A DNA stretch of 64,000 nucleotides from Convolutriloba macropyga (lineage: Eukaryota), in contig NC_134469.1 in the NCBI RefSeq assembly GCF_964194025.1, positions 38,378,001-38,442,000 of the forward strand, in the 5' to 3' direction. Numbering within the stretch: the first letter of the stretch is position 1; each line of letters opens with the position of its first letter. Both the position numbers and the translations under genes were made by a program. The notes beneath the pieces were generated by a model that searched no databases, had not been told where the DNA came from, and saw only the letters and a program-made list of their open reading frames with translations. Positions 38,101 to 50,100 of the stretch are shown here, in pieces.

Positions 38101-41100
38101 ATTCTATCCATTAGGTAGCGATTGAACACATAAAATAAGAGCAGTCAAATGAAAGGCATATTTTCTATTCCCTTAACATCAAATTTTAAAGTTTAATATA
38201 AAAGCACCCTCCCAAAAATCTTCAAAATTTATTATTGTCACCTGATTGTTAACGAAAGCACAAGTAAAAATACGCAATATTTGGAAAGTAGATATTAGTG
38301 GACTAAGTGAGAAATTTTTGAAAACGGATCTGATTTTTGCCATGTCAAAATTAAAGCAGTAAGCATGTCAGTAAGCAATGTCAAATTAAAGTTTTTTAAG
38401 TCAAATTGGAAAGGTGATTTTGGTCATCCCGAAACAGGAAATAGAGCGAAAAAATTAATTTTGCTGCGTGAAAACAGTGAAAAATTCACTTTCTCAAAAG
38501 TTTTTTGTGTTAGAGTGCTGAATTTCTACTTCTATTTTGGCTTTTTCAAGTTTTAACAGTTCATTTCAGAGTGATTCTCCAAATCAATTATTATCAACAC
38601 TCTGCCTAATTTTTTTATTTAATTGATGACAATTGAATGAATTGTAATTGAAATTGAGTAAAATTATACCAACTAAATTAGTATAAAGCTCTATTGCTCG
38701 GAAGAAATTGGTGATTGAAATTCCATTTGGAAAAAAAGAATTTGAAATCAATCTTTTTGATTACTGGTCTCACCATGCGTCTATTTCGTGGCTGTTTTTA
38801 TAATCTACAATCTTTTAGAGGTTTGGTGGTTAAAGAAATCCCAGACAGGAAAGGTTTGAACAAGTAAAACTCATTGAAATGACCTTTTGTAAAAGGGAGC
38901 TTTATATTTCTTTAAGCGAAAAAGAAATACTTTTTTGAATTGGCACAAAATATGCTGTTTGATCTCACTTTTTTGAATTTGCCAAACGGATCGTCTCAAA
39001 CTCCAAAGGGGGATATAATTCTTCTTCCTATGAGAGTGTTCTGGAGTCAATTTTTCAAGATTATTATTAAAATCCCATTAACCGATTTTTGTCAAAGTAT
39101 CTATTTCGCCAAAATTTGGAGCAATGACCTTTTTTGATGAACAGCCGGAATACCAAGGGTAGTATCATTACAACCGTGGATTTTTGCCATTGAAAAAAAT
39201 ATTCGGATTTTATTGCGGTGCTGCGCTGTCCTAGAATGTTATTGTTTCTTTTATGCTAGTTACAGACCATAATGATTTTAAATCAAAACTCAATTATTCA
39301 AAGATCCAATGCACGTGAGAATGATGTGTCAATTCACGTGAAAGTGCAACAAACAATAATTTCTGTTAAAAAGCGTAATTTTAAGGTTTCGTGCTTTCGT
39401 AAAATTGTTTTGAAATTTTTAAATTTTTTTTTTTGAAATTTTGGAGTCTTATCACTTTGTGTCAATAATGACAGGTTCAATTTACGTACCAAGGTGTTAC
39501 AATTTAATATATCCGATTTTTTTCTGTGAAAATCACAGTTGATGTGACCTAAAATATTTTTTTTCAAAAACAAAAAGTGTTTTCTGTCAACTTGTGTTTT
39601 CTGTTCTGGATTTTCTGTCAAATTGTTGCTTAGTCTCAGCATACTCGCATCTTTTTTAGTGAAATACAACTTAGTGTTCAGTGCGTTTTATGTTGTGGGC
39701 GCGTTTTGGGCTTTGATTTTAGCAAACTACAATAATGGCGTTGAAAGAAGGCGAAATTGAACGTATTTAATGTTTTTGGTGAAAATATTATGGTTAGAAC
39801 GACTTCGACACCGTTCTCTAGCAAAATTTAATTGATCTTTTTGATGATTGTATAATATATGGCCTATATTATATTCGTATCTTTTCATTTGTTGTATAAC
39901 ATGTTCTTGATGATGACAGGTCTTGAGTGGTTTTGTATGGAAGTATAAATGAACCTCTTTGATTATTTCTTGACTGTCAATATAAAGGTTTCATAAAAAT
40001 CATTTAGAAATTTGCCACCTTTAATCTTATTTCTGTCATGTAGCTGCGTCAAATTCATGACAGACCGGGTCCTTTTTCTGTTGAGCATTTGCCGTATTTG
40101 AGTATGTGTGTCTTGTCCAATTAACACACTAAAGACAGGTTCCCTTGGCATTAGCACGTTTTAATTGAATTTTATCGTTAACGTTGTTCATTGTCTCAAT
40201 TGTAAGACATTCTGACGTTCTGGATGATGGCAGATCTCAATGGCTTCCAAGGAGGCATAAGTGAGCATTTTGAAAGAATTCAATTGACAGCTGATGTTTT
40301 TCATGACTTCAAAATTAATTCTTTTCATAAAATATAAAAGGTATTTTTTAACTTTGCCCCTTTCTTTATTGTCTACTTGCTGTTTGTTGTTATTTGATTT
40401 CATTGCTTTTGTCTCGAAGTCTCATTAATGGGGAAAAATCATCCGGCCTCTAATGTGGCATCATTTAATTGTTTTGATGGTTTGAATTTAGAGCTAATTT
40501 TTTTAATAGCCGCACAGCGATAGCTGGGGCTATTATTGGCCTTCTCTTGTTTTTTACAATTCAAAGAATTTGAATTGTATTGGGGCGCTGTCTTTTTTTT
40601 TTTTTAAGATCTGTTCACACATTTTCATGATTTTTGAAGTCAAATTGGAGTAGTGATTTTGGTCACGCCGAAACAGGAAATGGAGCGAAAAAGCGAGTGG
40701 TTTTGCGGCGTGAAATTTTTTCGCTCTAATTTTAAAGTAGAGTGAGAATACGGTGTTTGAACAAAAATTCGCTTTATCGGTAGTGGTTTTTTGTTCACAT
40801 GCGGCAATTTCACTTTGATTTTTGCTGTTTTTTCGATTTTTTGGATCGGATTTTTTTCTAAATGGTTTTTCCAATCCATTCATAGTCCGTTCTAGGTCTA
40901 GTTTTCTGCTTAGTCAATGAAAATTCTTTGAATTGTACGTCAGGACTTGTCCTGCTATGTTTTTTTATTTCGTCATCGCGATTTTTGTTACGACCATATG
41001 ACGTCAATCATTTCAAATCTGCTTTTTGTTCATTCGTTCATTCAATTTCAACTGAATTTTGTGCATGACGTCATTTTTCACTCTTAAGTGGAGCGAGATT

Positions 41101-44100
41101 TTTGTTCATTCGCGTGATTAAAGTTTTGGTCACATTTGACTTACCTCACTCTCAAAAATGACTTCCTCACTTTGAAATTGACTTATTTACTTAATTCAAA
41201 GAGATAAGATCAAATGGGTGTGTGTCACTCTAAATGAAGGTTATTTGAGAGCAGCTAATAGAGGCAGCAAAAACTTGTACAGATTTTAAATCAAAATATA
41301 ACATCAGCCTTCAATGAAAAGACGATTTTTTTGGTCTGTCTTTTTTTTATTGTTTTTTGAGACTGCAGATCTACAAAGCTATTGCGGCTATTTTCTGGCA
41401 ATCTGCCAGTTATGTTTCATATACAATTATTTTTATAAAATTAGAATTTTGGACTTTTTTAATCTCTTTAGAAAGACAATTAAGTAGACAAATGGGTGAG
41501 TGGGATTGGAGTATTGTGTGCTAACGCACATTAACGAGCCTCCTCTTTTATTCAGTTTTAAAATATATATGACTAGGCTGGAATTTGAAGTTCCGAGAAA
41601 ACTTAAAATTTTAAAAGTGTCAAAAACTGGCTTAAGATTAGGCAAAAAGTTAATTATAAAAATATTCGTAAAAAAATTTCAGATTTTATCAAGGCGCTCA
41701 AATAGAAGAACTGATTGTGCATTTTCTTGAAGCGAAGGCAAGAGTGGAGAATAGGGAAGACTGTTATTTGTGCCAGTTCTTTAATGTTATTTGTCTGTTT
41801 AGCCCATCATTGTACGAGGTTGTGGCGCGAAGAGTCCAGCACTCCGAAACTACTTTACTCCCGAATATCTCTCCAAATCCTTCGGAAGCTGGAAAGTGGA
41901 TCTGGTGGACTGTCGAACTGGCAGAGTCCATCCCATGATGTCGATGGAAAAATTCCTACAGGGGTTTGTGGACTACTCTGCGAGGAAGCAACACTTCGGA
42001 CAGCTATCTAATGGCTGCGACCTCAAAACGGTGCTAAAGCTGAAAGACTGGCCACCTGGCAATGACTTTACAGACATCATGCCTAAAGAGAGGTGAGGTA
42101 TTAAAAAAATGAGATGGGACAATTTGTAAGACCTGTCACGCTTCCAGCGTTTGATTGGTTGATATCGAAAAGGAAAAATCTTGCAACAATTGTCATAATT
42201 TCAACTGTTACAACCAGCGCTCTGCTATTGAGTTAACGCTACAGAGCACTGCAAAATAACTAAACAGTGACGAGAATATTTTGCCTCGGACCACACTCTC
42301 GGAAAAACATGACCAACAAATTTAAATAAACTCGCAATAAATAATGCGTTCGGTAGCTCATAGTAACCTAACAAACGCTAGAAGCAGCCCATTAGCACTA
42401 TATGCCCCAAAGATCTTTCGTATTGATTCATTCACTCAAAGAACGGGTAGATCAAAATAATGAAAACGTCAATATCACGAAAGTAACATTAATTGTTCAA
42501 AGTTTGAAAAGTAACAATAGAAAATAGAACAAGAGGAGATGGTCCAAGAAATGGAATATGCGAAACGGTGGCAACCTAGACACTGGATGTTATTAAGTTA
42601 GTGTGTTAGAAAGACAATTGAGTAGCAATGATGAGTTGTTTCTAATGATGCGCAAGCGAAGTTTTCAAACACCGAGTTTTCGAATAATTTGAAGAGGGCA
42701 ATAATTGAAATCACAACAGTTGCATAACCTACGTCATTGTAGTTGGTTGAACTGCTTTTTGATTAACCTTAAGTTCAATTCCTATTTTTTAAATCAATGA
42801 AAGAATAATGTCTCGATATCTTCCTGGTTCAATCGGACTTTCAAAAGCTGCTTTTACTATCTTTCTTCAGATATTCTTTTAATCTTTCTATGAGTTATAG
42901 AGTAACAAGAAATATTACAGAGATAACAGATATTACTGAGATAACAGAGACGGGAAAAAAACCATGACAACTTAAGTAGTCTAAGTTGATGAATATGACC
43001 CACTTTATCTCATTTTATCGCTAAGCACGATGAATTTTGTGTTTTTCAGCCATCATCTACTGATGGAGAGCATTCCACTGGGTGACTATACTTCCAGAGG
43101 AGGAACCGGAGGGACTGGGGGAGCGGGAGGCCCATTCAACCTGGCTACCAGTCTCCCCGCGCTGTGTTGCGCCCCAGACATGGGCCCAAAAATGTTCATC
43201 GCATACGGTAGGCTGTGTTTCTTTTCACCTTCACGCACTAGAATTTGATGAAAAACAAAAATGGCACTGAAATTCGATTTTTTTTAATTCAGTCAACGAC
43301 CAAGGTTTTTATACATGATTTGTGCGTCTTGAACATTTTTTCGCCCGCTTCATTGAAGTGACTTATCGGGTGTCTTTTCCCGCTTCAATTAATTGCTTAA
43401 TCAAAAATTGCTTTCATTCAGAATGCAGGCCGCTACCGTAATTCCTGGGAGTCAAATAAAAATTACGCCAAAAATGTGTTCACTCTACACCCTAAAGTTG
43501 GTCTAAAACACCCGAATAGCATCACTTGAAAACCGATAGTGAATTTATCCAGGGTACGTACTCCTCCAGCTGAAATGAACTTTGTCACCGACGTTCAATG
43601 TCGTCTCAATCAAAATAGAAACGCCTATCAAGTCAGCTACTGCTCTACCAAATAATCTTTGCAATGTTTCGCCAATGCTGATTGGCTGTTTGTCCAATGG
43701 AATAAGTCAGACAAGAGAAAAAGGCTTTGATTTTACGTCACGGTATGATTTCGTTTGCTACTAAATTACCAAGCTGAGCAACTCAGTCTCCCACTCTGCA
43801 GCTTTCAATCTAAACACAATTAACGCATCAAATCGGCGGTTGGCATCTGATCCAGAGGGCCCTCAACTACCAACATGTTTCTTGTGCTTGTTTTACAACT
43901 GTTCTACTTGTAAAACACCTAGTTTTTCTAGAGGTGGAAAATCTGAGTTTCCAGGCATAGTTGAAGCTTTTCTTGCAGGGTTTCGGCTACCGTTCTTGTA
44001 TCAATTCAAGAACCTATCAAAGCGAATCTATCAAGAAAAAATCTATAAATCGTGTTTTTAGCAGCAACGAATCTCGTTGCGCTTTAAAGAATTCCTTCTT

Positions 44101-47100
44101 TTTCAAATCGTTTTAGCAAACGTTGACTTTGTCCTCCGATATTTTGAGTTTAAATAGCGTTTCCAGAGAAGTGATTTCATCGCTTATAAGATTAAACAAG
44201 CGACTGAAAGTTTTCCACCGATCACTCCTCCATCGATCTGTTTTCAATCTTTTCTTTCAACTCTTTGTTGTCAGACTTTGCTGTTTCTGTGGAATTTTGG
44301 GGCCAAAAAACACTCGCTCCGATGGATTATTTGACTTAATATTTAGTTTAAGGAACAGCTGAGGTTCCGGATTTAGCAGCTCGACATACTCTTGACCAAC
44401 TTTTCCTGCCGGCACTGCAATCTGTATAATTTGTATACCCGTGTGAAAATAGTATCCCCGCGTTTTTTCTCTAAGCATTTCGTTCTCATATGGCACTCTG
44501 CAAGTTTGGTTTTTAAGTGGAAATTTTATCAATTATTTTTTTCTCCGATTCTCAAAGATTCGTGAATTGTTGCAAAAAGTTTGTGCCACTTAGATTAATC
44601 CTCGCTAAATCCGGTCTTAAACCACTAGCAGAAGACTTGGGTCCCTTAAAGTGTGAGATATTTTGGAAGGTGTTGCGGCTCAACCATCGCTTATTAGATA
44701 GAGTATACGGCAAGTTTTTCTACCAATGAACTTGGATCTTGACTGAATAAGTCAAATGTGGTATCATGTTCTCTATGCCCTTTCACTTAAACTCTTCGGC
44801 TGTTATTTTCATGTCAAATTACTTTTGCTCTGCACAATTTATTATCGCGACCAAGAATTCATTATTCATTGTTTTCTATCACTAAACTCGAACGGATTCA
44901 AAACCTGTCTGGATCAGACTTTTATCTAATTGAGCTTTGATAGTTTTCTTTTGTCATCTTGTGGCTTAAGGTCAGCAAAGACATGTTGCATCATCTTTCT
45001 AAGGTAATAAATTGAAATAGTTAAGCGCGGTTTCTTAAGTAATTTTTCGGCTTTGATACGAATTTCACTGAAAATGTTTTCAATTTTGGACATTTCTCCA
45101 TCTTTCAGGTTTTTTTCGTGTCTTGTCATGCCATTCACATTTCAAATATCACATTATTGAAAATAAAAGGAAGAGACATGAAGTCATAAATTTTTTAATT
45201 GAATAGATTTTGGTTTCAACGGCTTCGACACACCGTCTTCTAGCTGAATTTTATTGAGTTTTTTTTTATTTGTTTGAAAAATTCTGGATAATTGCGGGTG
45301 TTAGCGGCGTCTTATGGATAAACAAATGAAAGCATTTAGTGGTTTTTGTTCTTAAATAAATTTTCCCATGACTTTCAAGTCTAGTGTTTAGAAAAAACGA
45401 CGTTTTTTTAACTGTGCACTTTCTTTTGTTTACTTCTTACCTAGTCTCGTTAGTTACTGATAATTACAGGTCGCATGTCACAATACTGTTGTTTGTTGAA
45501 GAAAGGTAAATTTGAACCTATCTAATTACTTTAGTAGTGCGTTTTTTTGAAGGCCTCGACATCACACATTTAAATTGTTGGTATTCAAAGAGAAGGCACA
45601 ATTGATTTTTACGGACTAGATTAAATTTTGTTCTTTATTTGTGGTTTGTTTTTGTAGACGTACGACATATCCTGAATTATGACAGGTCTCTGTGTCTTCA
45701 TATTGAGGTGTGAATGAACTCGATCTCTTCCCATTTGGTTGACGATTAAGCCAAAAATGTGGATGAATGGGGTCAGAACAGTTTGTGCAAACGCACGAGC
45801 TTCCTTGCTAGTTTTATTCAAATAGAAAAATTAAATGCTAATAATCACTGAGGTTTTCATTTCTTCGCATAAAAATTTTGCAAATTATTTTCAAAAAACA
45901 TGGAAGTTAATTTTAACAATATCGGCTCAACGGTCTATTCTCGAATCAATCATCAGTGACAAATTGATTGAATGGCCTTGATTGACCCGTCCCATAAGCG
46001 ATACGCAGCTTGGTAAAATTGATAAATTTTTTTTGAGAATCTTCGCAATTTTTGACTGGGGCTTTGTACCAAAATTTTAACAGAGCAGAATTTTGCTAAT
46101 TATTTAAAAGCTAATTAATTTTTCAATTTTAGCAGGCTTGCCATCGGTATAGATGCTAATGTTTAAAGAAAAAAATGTCATGTTCCAGGAATTTCTAATG
46201 CGCATGCGTAACTCTGACTAAAACGGTTTTTTTACTGCAACCCGTTCATCATTGTATAATTAAAGTGAATAATTGAAAGTTCACAAAAAAGAGTTTTTCC
46301 GATTGAAAATGTGGTCAAAATGAATTTGTACAAAAAAGTCAAAATAATCTGTTTGGTTTCAAATTTGCTTTTTATGCTCTGCTGTCTAGAGAAATGGGCA
46401 ATTTTGCAGATGAGAGGGGTTGGAACATTTGTTCAAATGCATATAACCGAAGGACATCATTGTTTGTTATATTTTTACGTTAAAAATCTAAATTTTCCAT
46501 ATTGCCTATATAATGGTTCTGCTGATTTAGTGTTTTACGGTTATTATTGTAATCAAATAGAAGGCATGTTTAGGTAGCCCAAATGAACCCTCAGTAGGGT
46601 CTACCAACTTGCACACAGACATGTCGGACGCAGTGAACATTCTGCTGTTTGCAACTTGTGCTGAGCCAGGTGTTGCTGATGGTAGCGGATCTAATAGGAT
46701 GGAGTCCTTAGAGCAATCTCTGTTGCTGCAGGAGCTGAACAGATTTGGGGGAGAGGAGGCAACTCAGAGAATGCGCAATGGTGAAAGACCTGGTGCTGTG
46801 TGGAACATATTCAACACTGACGATAATGACAAACTGCGCAAGTTTTTGAGGTAAATAAATTTTATTATTGCAGTCACTCGCTTGGCAGTCGATGGCAATT
46901 TCATAAACTAAAGGCACAGCAGTGATGTAAATGGCAAGAGACAGTAGCGTGAACAGGGGTTTCAACATCCATCATGGAGACTGAGCGGTGAACTCCACAC
47001 CGCCATTACATGAACTTAACTGAAACATAGCTGATACAAACTCGATTGCACTCAAGACGTATGTTGATATATGATTCAAAATGAGGTCTTTCAAACCGGG

Positions 47101-50100
47101 GGGGGGGGGGGCTATAATGGGAAAGACCCCAAAAATGTTTTACATTATGTTCTTTTTAACCGAGAAACCTATTTCACACACTTCATTAGGGGATTAGAAT
47201 TGTTTTATTATAGCTGCGAAGCTGTAAGCTGAGCGTAGCTATATTGCGGTGCTCTTGGTTTTTTAGAATTCAAAGAATTTGAATTGTATTGGGGCGCTGT
47301 CGTTTTTTTAAGATCTGTTAACACATTTTCATGATTTTTGAAGTCAAATTGGAGTAGTGATTTTGGTCACGCCGAAACAGGAAATGGAGCGAAAAAGCGA
47401 TGCGTTTTGCGGCGTGAATTTTTTTGCTCTATTTTTAAAGTAGAGTGAGAAAACGGTGTTTGAACAAAAAATCTGTTTCTCGGTAGTGGTTTTTGTTCAC
47501 ATGCGGCAATTTCACTCTGATTTTTACTGTTTTTTCGATTTTTTGGATCGGATTTTTTAAATGGTTTTCCCAATCCATTTTAAGCTCATTCTAGGCCTAG
47601 GTTTTTGTTTGAATTAAATTTTCATTTTTCGCTAGTGGTTTTTCGCTAGTGGCATTTTGACATTGATTTTCTGTTTTTTTTTCTTATTTTTTCATCTGAT
47701 TTTTTTTTAAAATGGTTTTCTCAATTCACTCATAGTCCATTCTAGGTCTAGTTTTTCTGTTTAGTCAATGAAAATTCTTTGAATTGTACGTCAGGACTTG
47801 TCCTGCTATGTTTTTTTGTTTCGTGGTCTGACGCTCTTTTTTCGTTTTACATTTGTTCACACAGCAAAGCTGAGAAAATTTCTGAATGACTTCGTCCTCT
47901 CACTAGCGGCATTTGCGCGCGTGACGTCATTTCTCACTCGCTTTAGCGAAAGTTTTTAGGTTATTTGCGTGATTAGATTTTGATCATACGTGACTTACCT
48001 CACTCAATAAAATGACTTTTGCTCTTTAAAACATTAAAGTTTAATTTCAATTAGTTTAAGGTCAAAGGAACTCATATGTGCAGTAAAGGTCCCTAATAAG
48101 GGGCTTCTGTGGAATGAATTTTAACAAGCTTTTTTATCGCTGAATGTTTTTTAGCCTAGTTTTTTGAGCGGCGTCGATTTTTTCAATTTAGATCTGTATC
48201 TGTTTCATCTCTATTATATGGCACGCAGGTCTATTCTTTCGCAGCTATTCCGGCAATCTGCCGGCTATGTTTGTTCATTATTTTGTTCCCATAATTACCT
48301 TCAGCAACAACCGACAAAGATGACTACAGCAAACCACGTGCTTGAAAACGAACTTCATAATTTGAAACGATATAATCAAGTTCACTTGGTCTTTGCGAGG
48401 TGAAATTTTTTTGAGCATAGAACTATGAAGCAAGTGATTAAATTAATGTTGCACCGCAACGGCATTGTTGCATTAAGATACAAAATACACAATCAGTTCG
48501 ACATTTTATCAGTAAATCTTTTTTCCTCATCCGCAGATGTTTGCGAGAAACTTTTTGGGCTATGTCGATATAATTAAATTATGACCCAGATAATCTGGTC
48601 AAATCCACCTAAAACAAATCTACCCTGCTGTACAATTCGAGGTTATAAGAGTGGCCGAACTTTCTTTATTAGGAATGAAGCGGAGATAATCCACAAAGCG
48701 TATAGGCTGGACGATGACCCAATCCACGATCAGGATGTGTACCTCAGTCCAGAGAAGCTGGCCAAGCTGAAGAGAGAGGAGGGGGTGGAGCCTTTCACAT
48801 TTGTACAATTCGAACATGACTCTGTATTCATACCAGCAGGAGCAGCCCACCAAGTTAGTACATTTCAATGTGATTATATGTCATTGTCTTTCAATAGTAG
48901 CCCACAATTTGCCTCAATTAGCCAAAAACTTAATTTCGGGCACATTTTCTCAGCCGGGTTAGCATGTCAGTTGGCTTACTGTGCTCCGAATTTTGTACTG
49001 GGTCAAACAAAAGTTTGTTATGATTCACCTAGGTCTGGCGCTTTCAGAAAATTTTTGAGAATATAGATTTAGTGCTCTAGACTAGGTTCATTCTTTGCTC
49101 ATTTTGTATTTCAAACAGAAGTTGCTCAGCAATGCAATCTAAATTGAACGAAGTCAATTAAAAAAAAACAAAAATTCAAACGAGATTAAGCCATAGAGCC
49201 CCGTGTTCAAATGCGCGTTACATAGACTCTACCTTATTAGTCTAAGTAACCAAGTCTAGTGCTTATCGGCATTGATACTAATCCGTCTATTCTCTCATCA
49301 ATCCAGGAAAAAAAGAACTTGATATTTTTTGCAAGAAACAGTTTCCTGTTTTCTTTTGATTGTTTCAATGCCAATCATGGTCTTCACTCATTTATGTCTA
49401 ATTGACAAGCTGCTACTATTATGGAGAATAATGACAACTTCGAGTAATTTATTTAAGCAAAATGTACTTTTTGCTGCGTAATGTTATTTTCAGTTTTGTA
49501 TTGCCATGTATTTTGTTTTTATTGTTAATGCCTGGAGAGTTTAATACAATATTATTGGCCTCAAAGGGGTGAAAAACGGGTATATGAATTGTTCAGTTTT
49601 CAGTTTCAATAATGACATTTTTTAAACTGCATTTGAATGAAGCTGCGAATCCTGTTTTGCTCGAACGTTTTGACTTCTCGAGTGACTTCAATCACGTATG
49701 ACTTCCTGATTATTATGACTCACAATTTGATGGAGTTAAAATGAAGTGGTCGAAGTTAGCGACAATTAAATTCGAATGTAAAGCGCGCCAAAATTTGACT
49801 CCGTTTGTTCACTTCATATATTACCCTTTATCTCCTAAAGGTTCAACAAGATTATCTGAAGCCACTGGTCAAACATAATACCCCACTACCCTACGCTGAA
49901 ACAAGCTAGAAGAAAACTGGGCCACATCAGTCGTTCGGAAGCCGTTCATCCGACTTTAGTGGGGTGTTTTATGGTTTTTTTTCTCAGCATTCCAGAAAGT
50001 GGCCAAAACTCTGAAAGTTGCGTTTGAAGCATTCTAAGTGCACTTTAAGGAGGGTTGTTTAGTTAATCGAAAAATTTGGACTCGATTGTAGACTGACTTG

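Noticed and set aside
36129-40883. Repeated 64-111 aa ORFs in intron 5
   Set aside because: They are chance K/F/N-rich ORFs within duplicated AT-rich repeats.
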